DNA from: Naegleria gruberi
Lineage: Eukaryota
Assembly (NCBI GenBank): GCA_000004985.1
Contig: GG738849.1
Direction: 5' to 3' (one strand)
DNA length: 64,000 nt
Numbering within the stretch: position 1 is the first letter of the stretch; the number at the start of each line of letters is the position of its first letter. This document shows positions 24,001 to 35,441 of this stretch, in pieces. Under the pieces are notes generated by a model. It ran no database searches. It saw nothing but the letters and a program-made list of their open reading frames with translations, and was not told the origin of the DNA. A program made the translations under genes and the position numbers.

Positions 24001-26512
24001 NNNNNNNNNNNNNNNNNNNNNNNNNNNNNNNNNNNNNNNNNNNNNNNNNNNNNNNNNNNNNNNNNNNNNNNNNNNNNNNNNNNNNNNNNNNNNNNNNNNN
24101 NNNNNNNNNNNNNNNNNNNNNNNNNNNNNNNNNNNNNNNNNNNNNNNNNNNNNNNNNNNNNNNNNNNNNNNNNNNNNNNNNNNNNNNNNNNNNNNNNNNN
24201 NNNNNNNNNNNNNNNNNNNNNNNNNNNNNNNNNNNNNNNNNNNNNNNNNNNNNNNNNNNNNNNNNNNNNNNNNNNNNNNNNNNNNNNNNNNNNNNNNNNN
24301 NNNNNNNNNNNNNNNNNNNNNNNNNNNNNNNNNNNNNNNNNNNNNNNNNNNNNNNNNNNNNNNNNNNNNNNNNNNNNNNNNNNNNNNNNNNNNNNNNNNN
24401 NNNNNNNNNNNNNNNNNNNNNNNNNNNNNNNNNNNNNNNNNNNNNNNNNNNNNNNNNNNNNNNNNNNNNNNNNNNNNNNNNNNNNNNNNNNNNNNNNNNN
24501 NNNNNNNNNNNNNNNNNNNNNNNNNNNNNNNNNNNNNNNNNNNNNNNNNNNNNNNNNNNNNNNNNNNNNNNNNNNNNNNNNNNNNNNNNNNNNNNNNNNN
24601 NNNNNNNNNNNNNNNNNNNNNNNNNNNNNNNNNNNNNNNNNNNNNNNNNNNNNNNNNNNNNNNNNNNNNNNNNNNNNNNNNNNNNNNNNNNNNNNNNNNN
24701 NNNNNNNNNNNNNNNNNNNNNNNNNNNNNNNNNNNNNNNNNNNNNNNNNNNNNNNNNNNNNNNNNNNNNNNNNNNNNNNNNNNNNNNNNNNNNNNNNNNN
24801 NNNNNNNNNNNNNNNNNNNNNNNNNNNNNNNNNNNNNNNNNNNNNNNNNNNNNNNNNNNNNNNNNNNNNNNNNNNNNNNNNNNNNNNNNNNNNNNNNNNN
24901 NNNNNNNNNNNNNNNNNNNNNNNNNNNNNNNNNNNNNNNNNNNNNNNNNNNNNNNNNNNNNNNNNNNNNNNNNNNNNNNNNNNNNNNNNNNNNNNNNNNN
25001 NNNNNNNNNNNNNNNNNNNNNNNNNNNNNNNNNNNNNNNNNNNNNNNNNNNNNNNNNNNNNNNNNNNNNNNNNNNNNNNNNNNNNNNNNNNNNNNNNNNN
25101 NNNNNNNNNNNNNNNNNNNNNNNNNNNNNNNNNNNNNNNNNNNNNNNNNNNNNNNNNNNNNNNNNNNNNNNNNNNNNNNNNNNNNNNNNNNNNNNNNNNN
25201 NNNNNNNNNNNNNNNNNNNNNNNNNNNNNNNNNNNNNNNNNNNNNNNNNNNNNNNNNNNNNNNNNNNNNNNNNNNNNNNNNNNNNNNNNNNNNNNNNNNN
25301 NNNNNNNNNNNNNNNNNNNNNNNNNNNNNNNNNNNNNNNNNNNNNNNNNNNNNNNNNNNNNNNNNNNNNNNNNNNNNNNNNNNNNNNNNNNNNNNNNNNN
25401 NNNNNNNNNNNNNNNNNNNNNNNNNNNNNNNNNNNNNNNNNNNNNNNNNNNNNNNNNNNNNNNNNNNNNNNNNNNNNNNNNNNNNNNNNNNNNNNNNNNN
25501 NNNNNNNNNNNNNNNNNNNNNNNNNNNNNNNNNNNNNNNNNNNNNNNNNNNNNNNNNNNNNNNNNNNNNNNNNNNNNNNNNNNNNNNNNNNNNNNNNNNN
25601 NNNNNNNNNNNNNNNNNNNNNNNNNNNNNNNNNNNNNNNNNNNNNNNNNNNNNNNNNNNNNNNNNNNNNNNNNNNNNNNNNNNNNNNNNNNNNNNNNNNN
25701 NNNNNNNNNNNNNNNNNNNNNNNNNNNNNNNNNNNNNNNNNNNNNNNNNNNNNNNNNNNNNNNNNNNNNNNNNNNNNNNNNNNNNNNNNNNNNNNNNNNN
25801 NNNNNNNNNNNNNNNNNNNNNNNNNNNNNNNNNNNNNNNNNNNNNNNNNNNNNNNNNNNNNNNNNNNNNNNNNNNNNNNNNNNNNNNNNNNNNNNNNNNN
25901 NNNNNNNNNNNNNNNNNNNNNNNNNNNNNNNNNNNNNNNNNNNNNNNNNNNNNNNNNNNNNNNNNNNNNNNNNNNNNNNNNNNNNNNNNNNNNNNNNNNN
26001 NNNNNNNNNNNNNNNNNNNNNNNNNNNNNNNNNNNNNNNNNNNNNNNNNNNNNNNNNNNNNNNNNNNNNNNNNNNNNNNNNNNNNNNNNNNNNNNNNNNN
26101 NNNNNNNNNNNNNNNNNNNNNNNNNNNNNNNNNNNNNNNNNNNNNNNNNNNNNNNNNNNNNNNNNNNNNNNNNNNNNNNNNNNNNNNNNNNNNNNNNNNN
26201 NNNNNNNNNNNNNNNNNNNNNNNNNNNNNNNNNNNNNNNNNNNNNNNNNNNNNNNNNNNNNNNNNNNNNNNNNNNNNNNNNNNNNNNNNNNNNNNNNNNN
26301 NNNNNNNNNNNNNNNNNNNNNNNNNNNNNNNNNNNNNNNNNNNNNNNNNNNNNNNNNNNNNNNNNNNNNNNNNNNNNNNNNNNNNNNNNNNNNNNNNNNN
26401 NNNNNNNNNNNNNNNNNNNNNNNNNNNNNNNNNNNNNNNNNNNNNNNNNNNNNNNNNNNNNNNNNNNNNNNNNNNNNNNNNNNNNNNNNNNNNNNNNNNN
26501 NNNNNNNNNNNN
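1..26512. other. Assembly gap (run of N)
   Basis: Positions 1-26512 are all n; the first called base is 26513. No biological content can be assessed. Confidence 1.
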
Positions 26513-26959
26513 CCTGCCACATGTATAATAATTCATTCGGTCAACTTTTTCTGATTGAAAATTAAAATATATTGCAACATCAATCTGGGAATCATCAATA
26601 TCAAATGGCAATCCACAATTAGCTTGATTTTCTGTAAAATTATTCATCAAGACGATATTAATATCAAATCTTGCATATTGTTTGACATTTAAATTTTTGA
26701 CATCTTGATTGATTTGCATAGCAGCCACCCGAAGAAGATTTTGCATAGAGCATGGCATTTGCTTTCCGCATTCATTATTCTCTTGTACTATTGTAATCCC
26801 TCCGAAATCATCATAATACTTTGCAAAATATGTGTAATTAAATGTTACTCTTTCCAGTGTTGTTAAATTTTCTAGAGTTTGAGTGTACGCTCTTGTTGTG
26901 TTAAAGAAAAGGCACAGTGCGAGCAAAATAAGTATTTGAAGAGTGGGGCATCGAAGCAT
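26513..26959 (-). CDS. Hypothetical secreted protein, N-terminal part (gene runs into the gap)
   Basis: Hand translation of the minus strand from the ATG at 26959-26957 gives MLRCPTLQILILLALCLFFNTTRAYTQTLENLTTLERVTFNYTYFAKYYDDFGGITIVQENNECGKQMPCSMQNLLRVAAMQINQDVKNLNVKQYARFDINIVLMNNF... It stays open for 149 codons to the gap edge. It is absent from the ORF track, presumably because it is truncated by the N run. The hydrophobic N-terminus looks like a signal peptide. No family recognised. Confidence 0.45.
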
Positions 26960-27193
26960 TTTGTTTATTTTTTTTGTAAACACTCACAGCAAATACTGTC
27001 TCACTGGTCATCAACAATTTGGATTCATTTCAAATATTTCAGAACTCTATTTAAATTAAGGATGTGTTATAAACCTTAAAAAGTTAGATAAGAACTTTTA
27101 CTGTAAATATCAAATGAATCATAAACAATTACTACTACAATTACTTCTCACAAATGTTTTCTCACACTCAAAATTTTATTTCACAATATAATT

Positions 27194-28681
27194 TTACAGG
27201 TTCAATCTTTCCAAATAGTCATTCATCAAAATGTTGTTTGTATCATTCTTTCGTCTCAAATTCTTAAAATCATTCCATTTTGGATAGAGATCTTCAGAAT
27301 CAAGTTTCCAATCCAACTTGGCCCAGTGAGGTCTTCCTCCCAACTCTAACATGATCCTATTGTATTCAGCAAAATATTCTTGGTATGGAATAGTGAAATC
27401 ATAAGGTCTATACATGATAATTCCAATATAACAGCTATCTCTACCATAACATGGACTCAACCAAACATCATCCCTCTTTACAAATCTAACCTCAACTGGG
27501 AAGTGAACCTTATATTTCTTTTCTTCAATCATTTTTTTAAGTCTCAGGAGAGCTTCTTTAGTATTCTCAATTGGAATGGACCACTCATTGACAAATTGCT
27601 TGAATAGGCAATCAAAATTGAATACTTTAAAGCTGACATCATGAACTTGAGTTTTAGAACTGAATAATAAATTAAACCAAGTATTGTTAATCATAGGAAT
27701 AAGGGAAGGAATAAACTTGGAAACAAAGAGAGCAAATTCGAGTGAATAAAATCCAACCAGTCTATCAATAAAAAAGTTACGAATTCTGCCAAAGAATGTA
27801 ATCTTATCTGAATCACCAACAAATGTCTTGCTATCAATCAAGCTTCTGGTGGCACTTGTAGTGATACACTTATCATTGGTTGTGTGTGGGAACCACCAAA
27901 ATCTCCAATGATCTGAGCTAGGAATGAGTGAATCCAAATTTTCCAAAACTTTTGTAAGTGTTGATGGTTCCTGAACTTGAGTTAATGCAAAAGCTTCAAC
28001 ACATTGAATGGTAACTGTTGAAATGATACCCAAACATCCCAATGAGCAAACATAGGCATCGAAATCCTCATCTCCCTTTTTAACAGTCACAACTTGACCT
28101 GATGGTAAAACAATATCCATTTCCACAATAAAGGTTGGCAAACATCCAAAATTAATACCAGTTCCATGAGTACCAGTAGAAATAATGCCAGAAATAGTTT
28201 GGAATGAAATGGATCCCAAAACTGCTATGGCCATATTGTAATTCTTGTACAATTCGGCATTAATAGTTTCGATGGTTGTACCAGCTTGAACTTTTGCAGT
28301 CAACTTTTCCTTATCTACACTAATAATCTTTGAATATTGATCCAGAATGATCATGTGACCATTTGTGAGTGAAATATCACATGGTGAATGTCCAGAACCA
28401 ATCACTTTTACTTTCTCTCCTCTAAAATTAGCAACCTTGACAATGGTTTGAATTTCCTCTTCACTCTTTGGATGATGTACAAAGGTTGGTTTGGATTTGT
28501 AAATGTTGGCCCAATTTCTAAACACAAATCTCTTATTCGGAGCAAATTTAATCTATTTTTTTAATAAATATTAATTGTTATCCAAAAAATTGTTATCTTT
28601 GCTTACATTATCCAATTCCGATACTCCTCCTCCAACTAGGACTGAAGATGATGAAGAAGCAGCATTAGGTTGTGCAGACAT
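27194..28681 (-). CDS. Sugar-1,4-lactone oxidase, GULO/ALO (D-arabinono-/L-gulono-lactone oxidase) family, FAD-linked; 2 exons
   Basis: The ORF 27194..28525 carries a PCMH-type FAD-binding N-terminus (VHHPKSEEEIQTIVKVANFRGEKVKVIGSGHSPCDI, i.e. the covalent-His GHS motif) and the family's C-terminal HWAK motif (GGRPHWAKLD). Its first codon at 28525-28523 is GTG, not ATG. Upstream an ATG at 28681-28679 opens a 25-codon exon (MSAQPNAASSSSSVLVGGGVSELDN). A 54-nt intron follows (28553..28606, donor GTAAGC, acceptor AAATAG), then exon 2 from 28552 (IKFAPNKRFVFRNWANIYK...), in frame with the large ORF. Confidence 0.85.
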
Positions 28682-28847
28682 TTTTTTTAAAATTGAGTTT
28701 TCTTACAGTTTGGAGAAAATGAGGAAGTATTAATTTTGAAAGCTCCTTTCCATCACACAAATCAAATTGCAGATTTTAACTCCGTAGTATTATAATTGGA
28801 AAGAGAATGAGTTATTAGTAAAAGAAAAAGAATTGAATTGAATATTA

Positions 28848-30455
28848 TTAACAACATGCAATCAGTTCATGATTTACTAAGTGTTCATAATCTACATCGT
28901 CTTCATTGTGAGAGATCATGTGAGATACCCACTCTTCATTGCCAAATGATAAACGATCTACATGATGGTGTTTAATAGCAAAGTTGGTAGAGTCTGAACA
29001 GTTCATGACTTCATTAACTCCATCTTCTATTAAACCCCTTCTGAGAGATTCCTTTCTGTATTTACATGGTTGAGATGAGTTCAAACTCAAATAGTGATAA
29101 TAGAGGGGAGAGTCAATACTTTTAAGATATTCAACACTGTCCTTATCCTTTTCCAGGAAGGCATAAAGATAACAGCAGATGGCTCTCCACTCATTCAGGA
29201 ATGGGATTGGATTAACATTTAAATTGAGTATTCTAAACGCCTTCTTTAACAATTGAATCATATCTTCGTGTCTATGATTGGTCCAATAACGAAAGACATA
29301 GGTACAAATCTCCCTAGCATCATCTCCCATATATTTACTGGCACAATAAATGTTGGAGAGGGCATTCTTTGGGAGAAAGTTGGAACAGAATGAGTATTCG
29401 TGAGCATCCATAAAGTGATCGGTTTCAACTGTAAATTCATACTCCTCACACAATTCGATGAGTTGTCTCTTAGCAATCTTGTTACCAAAGTAAGCTGGCA
29501 AGTAGAGTCTGAGCATGCTACTGGTACCAAAAAAGTCTGTCAGTGGGCAAACTGTAAGGAAACGAAGAGTCAACTCGATTGGATAGAAAACTTGGGAGAT
29601 AAAATTACTATTTTTGAGTATTTTAAGCTTGGAAACGAGAGATTTGAAATCGTAAATAGTTTTCAATGGTACACATTGACAAATTCTACTCAAAATTTCA
29701 AACTCTTCAACTGTACAACCACTCTCAAACTTTTCAATTAACTTGGTTGTGAGAGTTGGATTTGGTCTGAAATGGAATACAGTGTCGTATTGATTTTTCA
29801 TTTGGGGAAGAAAATCCTTCTTGTACACTTCAGAAGGAGCATTGCTGACTGATCTCTGTTTCCATTCGTTGAGTAATTGATCGAGTGGAACGACCATATT
29901 CTCCAAACTCTTGTATCTATCACAGCAAACACTCGTATACAGAACATCACCCAAGAAAATCATATCGATCAGAGTTCTATATTGTTCAGAGTGATGAATG
30001 GTAAATCTAATGATATTGAATGTAAAGAGGATTTTTTGCCCCATCACTATTGCTTCACCTGCATCTTTGGTTACATCTGTTAATTGAAATCCATTGAAAT
30101 CTCTATTTCTCATTCTCATGGATACTCTTCTCTGGTTGGGATAACGTGGAGCTGATTTTCTTCTTGAGAACAGTATCTGCTTGTTGCATTTCTCCAAGGT
30201 CTCTACCGATTCACATATGGATTCATAGTAACGTTGTTGAAATTTGATCACCTCCAACTGATTCTTTTCTAGGGCTTGTATAATCATTGTATTGATAAGG
30301 TTATTATCAATTGTATAGTACATGTTAAGGTGAATAGATGTTCCTTCCTGAGCACGTGTTGTCTGTATGGCCTTCTCTATCAGGGCGGAATAGCCACCCA
30401 CCGAAGGAACACAAGCAGGCATTTCACTAATGTTTTCCAATACTGTCTTGGACAT
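28848..30455 (-). CDS. Hypothetical protein, 535 aa, no recognisable domain
   Basis: Uninterrupted 535-codon ORF with a genuine ATG (cat at 30453-30455 on the plus strand). Composition is coding-like with no low-complexity runs. I could not match it to a known family by eye. Confidence 0.6.
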   Translation of the reverse strand: MSKTVLENISEMPACVPSVGGYSALIEKAIQTTRAQEGTSIHLNMYYTIDNNLINTMIIQALEKNQLEVIKFQQRYYESICESVETLEKCNKQILFSRRKSAPRYPNQRRVSMRMRNRDFNGFQLTDVTKDAGEAIVMGQKILFTFNIIRFTIHHSEQYRTLIDMIFLGDVLYTSVCCDRYKSLENMVVPLDQLLNEWKQRSVSNAPSEVYKKDFLPQMKNQYDTVFHFRPNPTLTTKLIEKFESGCTVEEFEILSRICQCVPLKTIYDFKSLVSKLKILKNSNFISQVFYPIELTLRFLTVCPLTDFFGTSSMLRLYLPAYFGNKIAKRQLIELCEEYEFTVETDHFMDAHEYSFCSNFLPKNALSNIYCASKYMGDDAREICTYVFRYWTNHRHEDMIQLLKKAFRILNLNVNPIPFLNEWRAICCYLYAFLEKDKDSVEYLKSIDSPLYYHYLSLNSSQPCKYRKESLRRGLIEDGVNEVMNCSDSTNFAIKHHHVDRLSFGNEEWVSHMISHNEDDVDYEHLVNHELIACC

Positions 30456-31168
30456 GTTGTTTTTGATATATATTATTTACACAGAGTATTATTTAAGGCA
30501 AACAGAGAGATTGCAATCTCACTAATGTATGGCGACTGTTAATGTTTGAAGTACTTCAATTATACTAATGGCACTGTTGGATACAACAACAACTTGAACA
30601 AATTGTAGAGTGGATAAGAAAACTTTTTTTTCTGTTTGGTTTTACCAAAACTCTGTAGAGCATTACGCTCTTATTAGACCTGCTTGGTGCAGTGCGCAAT
30701 GCAAATTTAAGGAAATAACTCACATTTTGGCCTCTTGTAGATGATTCTTGGTGGGAGATAGAACAACATCAAACGACCAAAGTATCTCCCCTATCAAAAA
30801 TGGTCTATACCCTTTGGCATTTGAATTGGAGGCAAGGTTCAAATAAGTAAGTCCTTAGACAATCTTAATGTTTTTTGCCACTTTTCAATATGGACCTCCA
30901 TAATATTAGATTTTGCAGGTACTATACCTAATATATACCTAATAACAAAGATTTACACTCTCTGTTGAAAATAATAGATCATTGAGGTTAATACACGAGA
31001 GAAGGAAAAAAAGGTTGCATGATTTCCTAAGAAAGTGATATACCATGTAGAGAAGAAAATCTCTATTGTTGATGCGTCTAAATGCAACCCTTAATAGTAA
31101 GAAACATCACCAAATGTCATACCTTCAAGTAAGAAAATTGAGAGATTTCGGTCAGAGTTTGAGGATCC

Positions 31169-31983
31169 TTAGTGCTTATTAAAGAACTGTTCAATCGGAT
31201 TTTCTCCCTTCTCAATCGCGATATCATATGAATTATGATTGAATCGATAAAGAAAATTTTGCATTTGATTGAAATAGTGATTCTCAAGTGTAGTCCGTGG
31301 ATGAACAATGGGCATGTTCAAAATTTGTGCCGTTCTGAAATAGTAAGGTTGTGAAGAGACATACTCAAGGATTCTTTCCCAATGCCTTTTAAATTCTTTG
31401 AATTGCATTTGTTCGTGACGATTCAAATAGAATTCAAAGTATTTCATTTGGATTTCAATAAACATGCTCGTAATCTTCATTTGTATCCTTCTCTTGTTAA
31501 TATTCTTCTTCAACAACTTGCAACATTTGAGTGCAATTTGATTCCTTTCCTGATTAGTTCTATTAGTTCTCTTTGATTTCAATGTATTGACTTGATCCAA
31601 CAATTATCCAAATATCTTCCATATCTTATAATCTCCTTCTGTATGGTAATATTACGATACAGGTAGCAATTTGCAAAAATATCAAACCTTCCTCTTCTTG
31701 GTAGATGTTTAGTTTGTTCCATCTGGAGAAGAAGGCATCCGTGCAGAAGAGTTTCTTCTTCCGATAAGTTGTTGATACTACTACTACTTGATTGTTGTTG
31801 CTGCAATTCTTGGTGAATCAATTTCTCCAAGGAAAAGAGCCAAAATAAACCATCGTGATGGAGTAGTAGTGAGTGAATTTGTTGATTGAGAAGTAGAAGA
31901 GTGGAGTTGTGATGAATGGGTAAATATTCTGCTAGAATTTTAAAGATAATTTCATTTGGAAGACTCATGATTTCTAGAAACAT
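31169..31983 (-). CDS. F-box-like protein; 2 exons
   Basis: ORF 31579..31983 starts at a true ATG and has an N-terminal F-box-like motif (LPNEIIFKILAEYLP). ORF 31169..31603 overlaps it in another frame and begins at TTG. A 101-nt intron (31560..31660, donor GTATCG, acceptor AATAG, phase 2) joins ...ANCYL to TNQERNQIALKCCKLL..., giving about 237 aa. The donor is non-consensus, so the exact junction is uncertain. Confidence 0.5.
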
Positions 31984-32129
31984 TTTTTGTTTTATTTCTC
32001 ATCATACATTAAAACACGCAAATAATCAATCAGACATATTATTAACAAAAGTGATGAGTTTAGTATCAAAGCTGCTTCATCTTCTTGATATTTTGTTTGA
32101 TTATTAAAAAACTAGCCGTTAAACAAAAA

Positions 32130-33547
32130 ATGCTTTCACAAACAAACAGCAAGGAATTGTCCTCTCTGATACAACTCAAGCAAAATGATCAGGTGGGAAG
32201 GTACTATGAAGTTGTTGCTTCATCATCTACAACTTCATTTGGAAAATTAATTCTCCACGAAAAGCCTTTCTGTTTTATTATTGATGATCGGGAAAGAACA
32301 CACTGCTGTAATTATTGCTTCAAGGCTAATATCAAACTCTCCCGATGCAAGGCTTGTAAAGTCTCTCATTATTGTTCCATGAATTGTTATGTAAGTTTTG
32401 TTCTTAAGTTATCATCTCTAATAATTGTTTATCCAATTAATTGAATATTAAATATTAATTTAAAAGCATTCCGATCACCATTTGAAAGAATGTAAGGCAC
32501 TTGCAACGCATCCAAAAGTAACCAACTCGATTCGATTACTGTTAAAATGTTTCCTATCATGTTCGGATGAGAAACAATTTGAAATGATTCAAAATCTTGC
32601 TCCTTCATCTTCATCTGATGAGAAGGTTGAAGATAATCTCATCAAGTTGGCTATATTATTTGCAGATTATGTGAAGGATGTTGATTTGTCGAGTTCTTTT
32701 CTTGATAATAGGAAGGAAGATTTGGATTTCATCTACTTGCTGCTATTGAAATTACAACGAAATACATTCTCAATTTGCAATGAGGAAATGAATGCCATAG
32801 GGTCTGGAATTTACCTGAAAGCCTCCATGTTTAATCATAGTTGTGTTCCAAATTGTGCAATTTTATTCGATTCAGATAAGAATTTGTATGTGAGGATTTT
32901 AAATCCTTCATCGCTGCTTGAGGAGGGAACACCACTGACAATTAATTATGTCGACCTCATGGATTTAACAGCTAATAGACAGAAGAAATTGAAGGAACAG
33001 TATCATTTCACTTGTACTTGTCCTAGATGCCTTAATAGTAATGAGGAAGTGAATGAAAATGTTGACAAGATGATATCAATAGCAAATGAGCACAGAAAGA
33101 ATCAAAGTAAGTAATATTATCGATGCAAAACTTTCTAAATTTTCACTACAAACAGATTTACAAGAGGCAGTTAATTATTTCCAAAGAATTGTTTCAAAGA
33201 AAAGATCTAGTCCATCTCTATTTCATGAAATTTATATGGGCATTGCTCTGAATTCTCTCACTCACTTGAATGTAGACTTGTCAGATTTTAAGAAGGCCTA
33301 CGAATTTGGAATTGAATCATTGGAATATTTTGAAAAGTATTACCCACCATTTTATCCATTATTGGGACTTCAATATTTGACATGTGCCAAGTTGGCTAGT
33401 TATTTGGAAGAAAATGGACAAGCACGTTTGAAAATTAATTCTAGAGATCTTTTCCATAAGTGTTTTGCAATTTTAAATACTTTATTTAGGAATGAGAATA
33501 ATCAACCATTTAATTTGTTGATTGAAAATAATATTTCATTACCTTAA
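32130..33547 (+). CDS. SMYD-type histone/protein lysine methyltransferase (SET domain split by a MYND zinc finger); 3 exons
   Basis: Three consecutive plus-strand ORFs are exons. Exon 1 is 32130..32390 (true ATG at 32130; the ORF-track start at 32085 is TTG) and carries the MYND finger CCNYCFKANIKLSRCKACKVSHYCSMNC. Intron 1 is 32391..32466 (GTAAGT...AAAAG). Exon 2 is 32467..33106 with SET motifs NHSCVPN and a post-SET CTCPRC. Intron 2 is 33107..33155 (GTAAGT...AACAG, phase 1). Exon 3 is 33156..33547, a TPR-like C-terminal domain. Frames were checked across both junctions. Confidence 0.85.
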
Positions 33548-33623
33548 TTTATACTTAGACTCTTTTCGAGGTAGTGGTTTGTTATTACAATATGATACAT
33601 CCTAGGATTAAATTACAAATAAT

Positions 33624-35441
33624 TTAGACCATCACTGGTTCTGTTGGTGGTTCAGTTGCCACCTCTGTGGTACTGGTAGAAGCTGGAGGTGGAATGTTTC
33701 TTCTTGGTGTTTTTAGGATATCTGCTGGTTTCTCTTCATCATCATTACTCGATTGACTTGTGAAAAAGTTATTGGCCCATTTTGAAGCTCTTTCACCATA
33801 AATAATCTCGAAGGCATCTACATTGAAGGTCATGTAAGATGAAAATGCAACAATAACCACCATACAAGCATCTAGGAAAATATTTCTTGTTATTCCAAAG
33901 AATAATCCAATCACATCAAATCCAAATGAATAGGTAATCAGACACAACAAGACAACAATCCAAGTAATGATGAAAATCACTGTCACACCAAGAATAAACT
34001 TGGTGAAACGATATTCAAATACTGGTCTATCGTCCATCTTTCTCAAGGTCACCAAAATTTTCACACCATAAAACGAGAAACCAATAGTAAAGGTCATCAT
34101 GTAAACTAAACCAGCACATGACAATACAATGTAAGCATAACCATAATTACCAGTGGCAACAAAAACAATCAAGGCAATGACTATTGAAACTATCAAGCAA
34201 GAATAAAAGATCGAGAGAATAATCTTATTGTACAGTGAGAGACCTTGCTTTCCATCCTTTCTATTCGAAATATCAATGATGTGAGACCACAAAATAACCA
34301 AAGAACTATATCCACACAAGCAACACAATGCAGTCAATGCTCTGAACAATCCAGAAAAGTAAACATCAAAGAATGGTTTCAGAGAATTGAAATTAAAGAT
34401 AAATCTGAGAAAATTCTCAATCGTTCCACAAGTTGCTGCCAACAACAACCAAAAAACTGGATGACTCACAATATCAAATATATGCCTAATTGAGAATAGT
34501 ACCTTCTTGTATGTTTCCACATTCAGTTTGTTCAGTTTCTTCTTTAGTGTGAGAATTCTCTCAGCAATTCTTGGAATGGAAATGAATAAAAGTAAAATTA
34601 CAAAGAGCGAAGCATAAATCAGAGTGAAAACAATGACAGAATATCGATAGACGAAAGCTGTTTGATAATCCTGATAGAAATCACTGCATGTAAATCCAAA
34701 ATACGAATTGTCATAATTCTGATAATTACACCAACAATTGAAAGGTAAATTCATGGTTGATTTCCAAGAAGCTGAATCAGAATTCCATATAGAATCCATA
34801 TAATACTTGAATATTGTTGTAAGATTGGCCACTTTCATATAAGTATCTTTTGTAGTATTCGAGTCCAGTAAATTATTATTCGAAAGATAATTTAAATAGT
34901 CCCTCTTGAATAATTCTGTTACAATAAACGATGAATCAAACATTGCCAAACTCTTCACTGGTGCTGCTTGATCATTTCCATTACAATGAGTATTCAACAA
35001 ATTCAATACTTTCGAATAATTATTTCCACCAAATAAACTACAATTCTGCAAATTCTCCCTAAAGTCTGATCTCTCACAATATAAACAATAATTCATCACC
35101 GAATCGAGTTGACTTCTTTGTGTCTTGTTATTCAAATCCCATAGATTCGAATAAAAAGATGATGGTTTCGAACACAATAATTCTTGACAATTAATTTCAT
35201 CATTTTCATGTTCATTGCAATAATCCAAGTAATTAGTGTCGAAAGCATATAGTTTAGGATAATAGAATTGGTTAACCGGCGGCAGGTCTAAACATTCATA
35301 TGTCGGATATTTTAATTTACTAACAGAAAAGGATGATGAAGATTCGGCTTGAACTTTTGTCATCATGCTGACGAAGAATAGGATGCTAATTAACAAGTAT
35401 ACGAAACTGTTATTCGAATTGATTAGAATACTTGTCGACAT
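33624..35441 (-). CDS. Seven-transmembrane receptor-like protein with a signal peptide and Cys-rich N-terminal ectodomain
   Basis: 605-aa ORF with a true ATG at 35441. It has an N-terminal hydrophobic signal and a roughly 250-aa ectodomain with many Cys and N-x-S/T sites. Seven hydrophobic helices follow (VIVFTLIYASLFVILLLFISI ... IFLDACMVVIVAFSSYMTF), then a Pro/Thr-rich cytoplasmic tail. The topology resembles the GPR107/GPR180/TMEM87 (GOST) class; the family assignment is inference. Confidence 0.65.
   Translation of the reverse strand: MSTSILINSNNSFVYLLISILFFVSMMTKVQAESSSSFSVSKLKYPTYECLDLPPVNQFYYPKLYAFDTNYLDYCNEHENDEINCQELLCSKPSSFYSNLWDLNNKTQRSQLDSVMNYCLYCERSDFRENLQNCSLFGGNNYSKVLNLLNTHCNGNDQAAPVKSLAMFDSSFIVTELFKRDYLNYLSNNNLLDSNTTKDTYMKVANLTTIFKYYMDSIWNSDSASWKSTMNLPFNCWCNYQNYDNSYFGFTCSDFYQDYQTAFVYRYSVIVFTLIYASLFVILLLFISIPRIAERILTLKKKLNKLNVETYKKVLFSIRHIFDIVSHPVFWLLLAATCGTIENFLRFIFNFNSLKPFFDVYFSGLFRALTALCCLCGYSSLVILWSHIIDISNRKDGKQGLSLYNKIILSIFYSCLIVSIVIALIVFVATGNYGYAYIVLSCAGLVYMMTFTIGFSFYGVKILVTLRKMDDRPVFEYRFTKFILGVTVIFIITWIVVLLCLITYSFGFDVIGLFFGITRNIFLDACMVVIVAFSSYMTFNVDAFEIIYGERASKWANNFFTSQSSNDDEEKPADILKTPRRNIPPPASTSTTEVATEPPTEPVMV

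Noticed and set aside
26879-27079. 66-aa plus-strand ORF
   Set aside because: It overlaps the 5' end of the better-supported minus-strand secreted-protein frame. Low-complexity translation with no motif.
27380-27607. 75-aa plus-strand ORF inside the lactone oxidase gene
   Set aside because: It is antisense to a strongly supported CDS. These are typical AT-rich antisense frames.
30485-30510. ACAGAGAGATTGCAATC, reminiscent of the U6 snRNA ACAGAGA box
   Set aside because: There is no U6 5' stem-loop and no AGC triad or 3' oligo-U in the right arrangement. It lies in the 5'UTR of the 535-aa gene and is probably coincidence.
29258-30542. Several 60-113-aa ORFs on both strands within or overlapping the 535-aa gene
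   Set aside because: All are nested in or antisense to the long ORF. None has an independent start context or motif.
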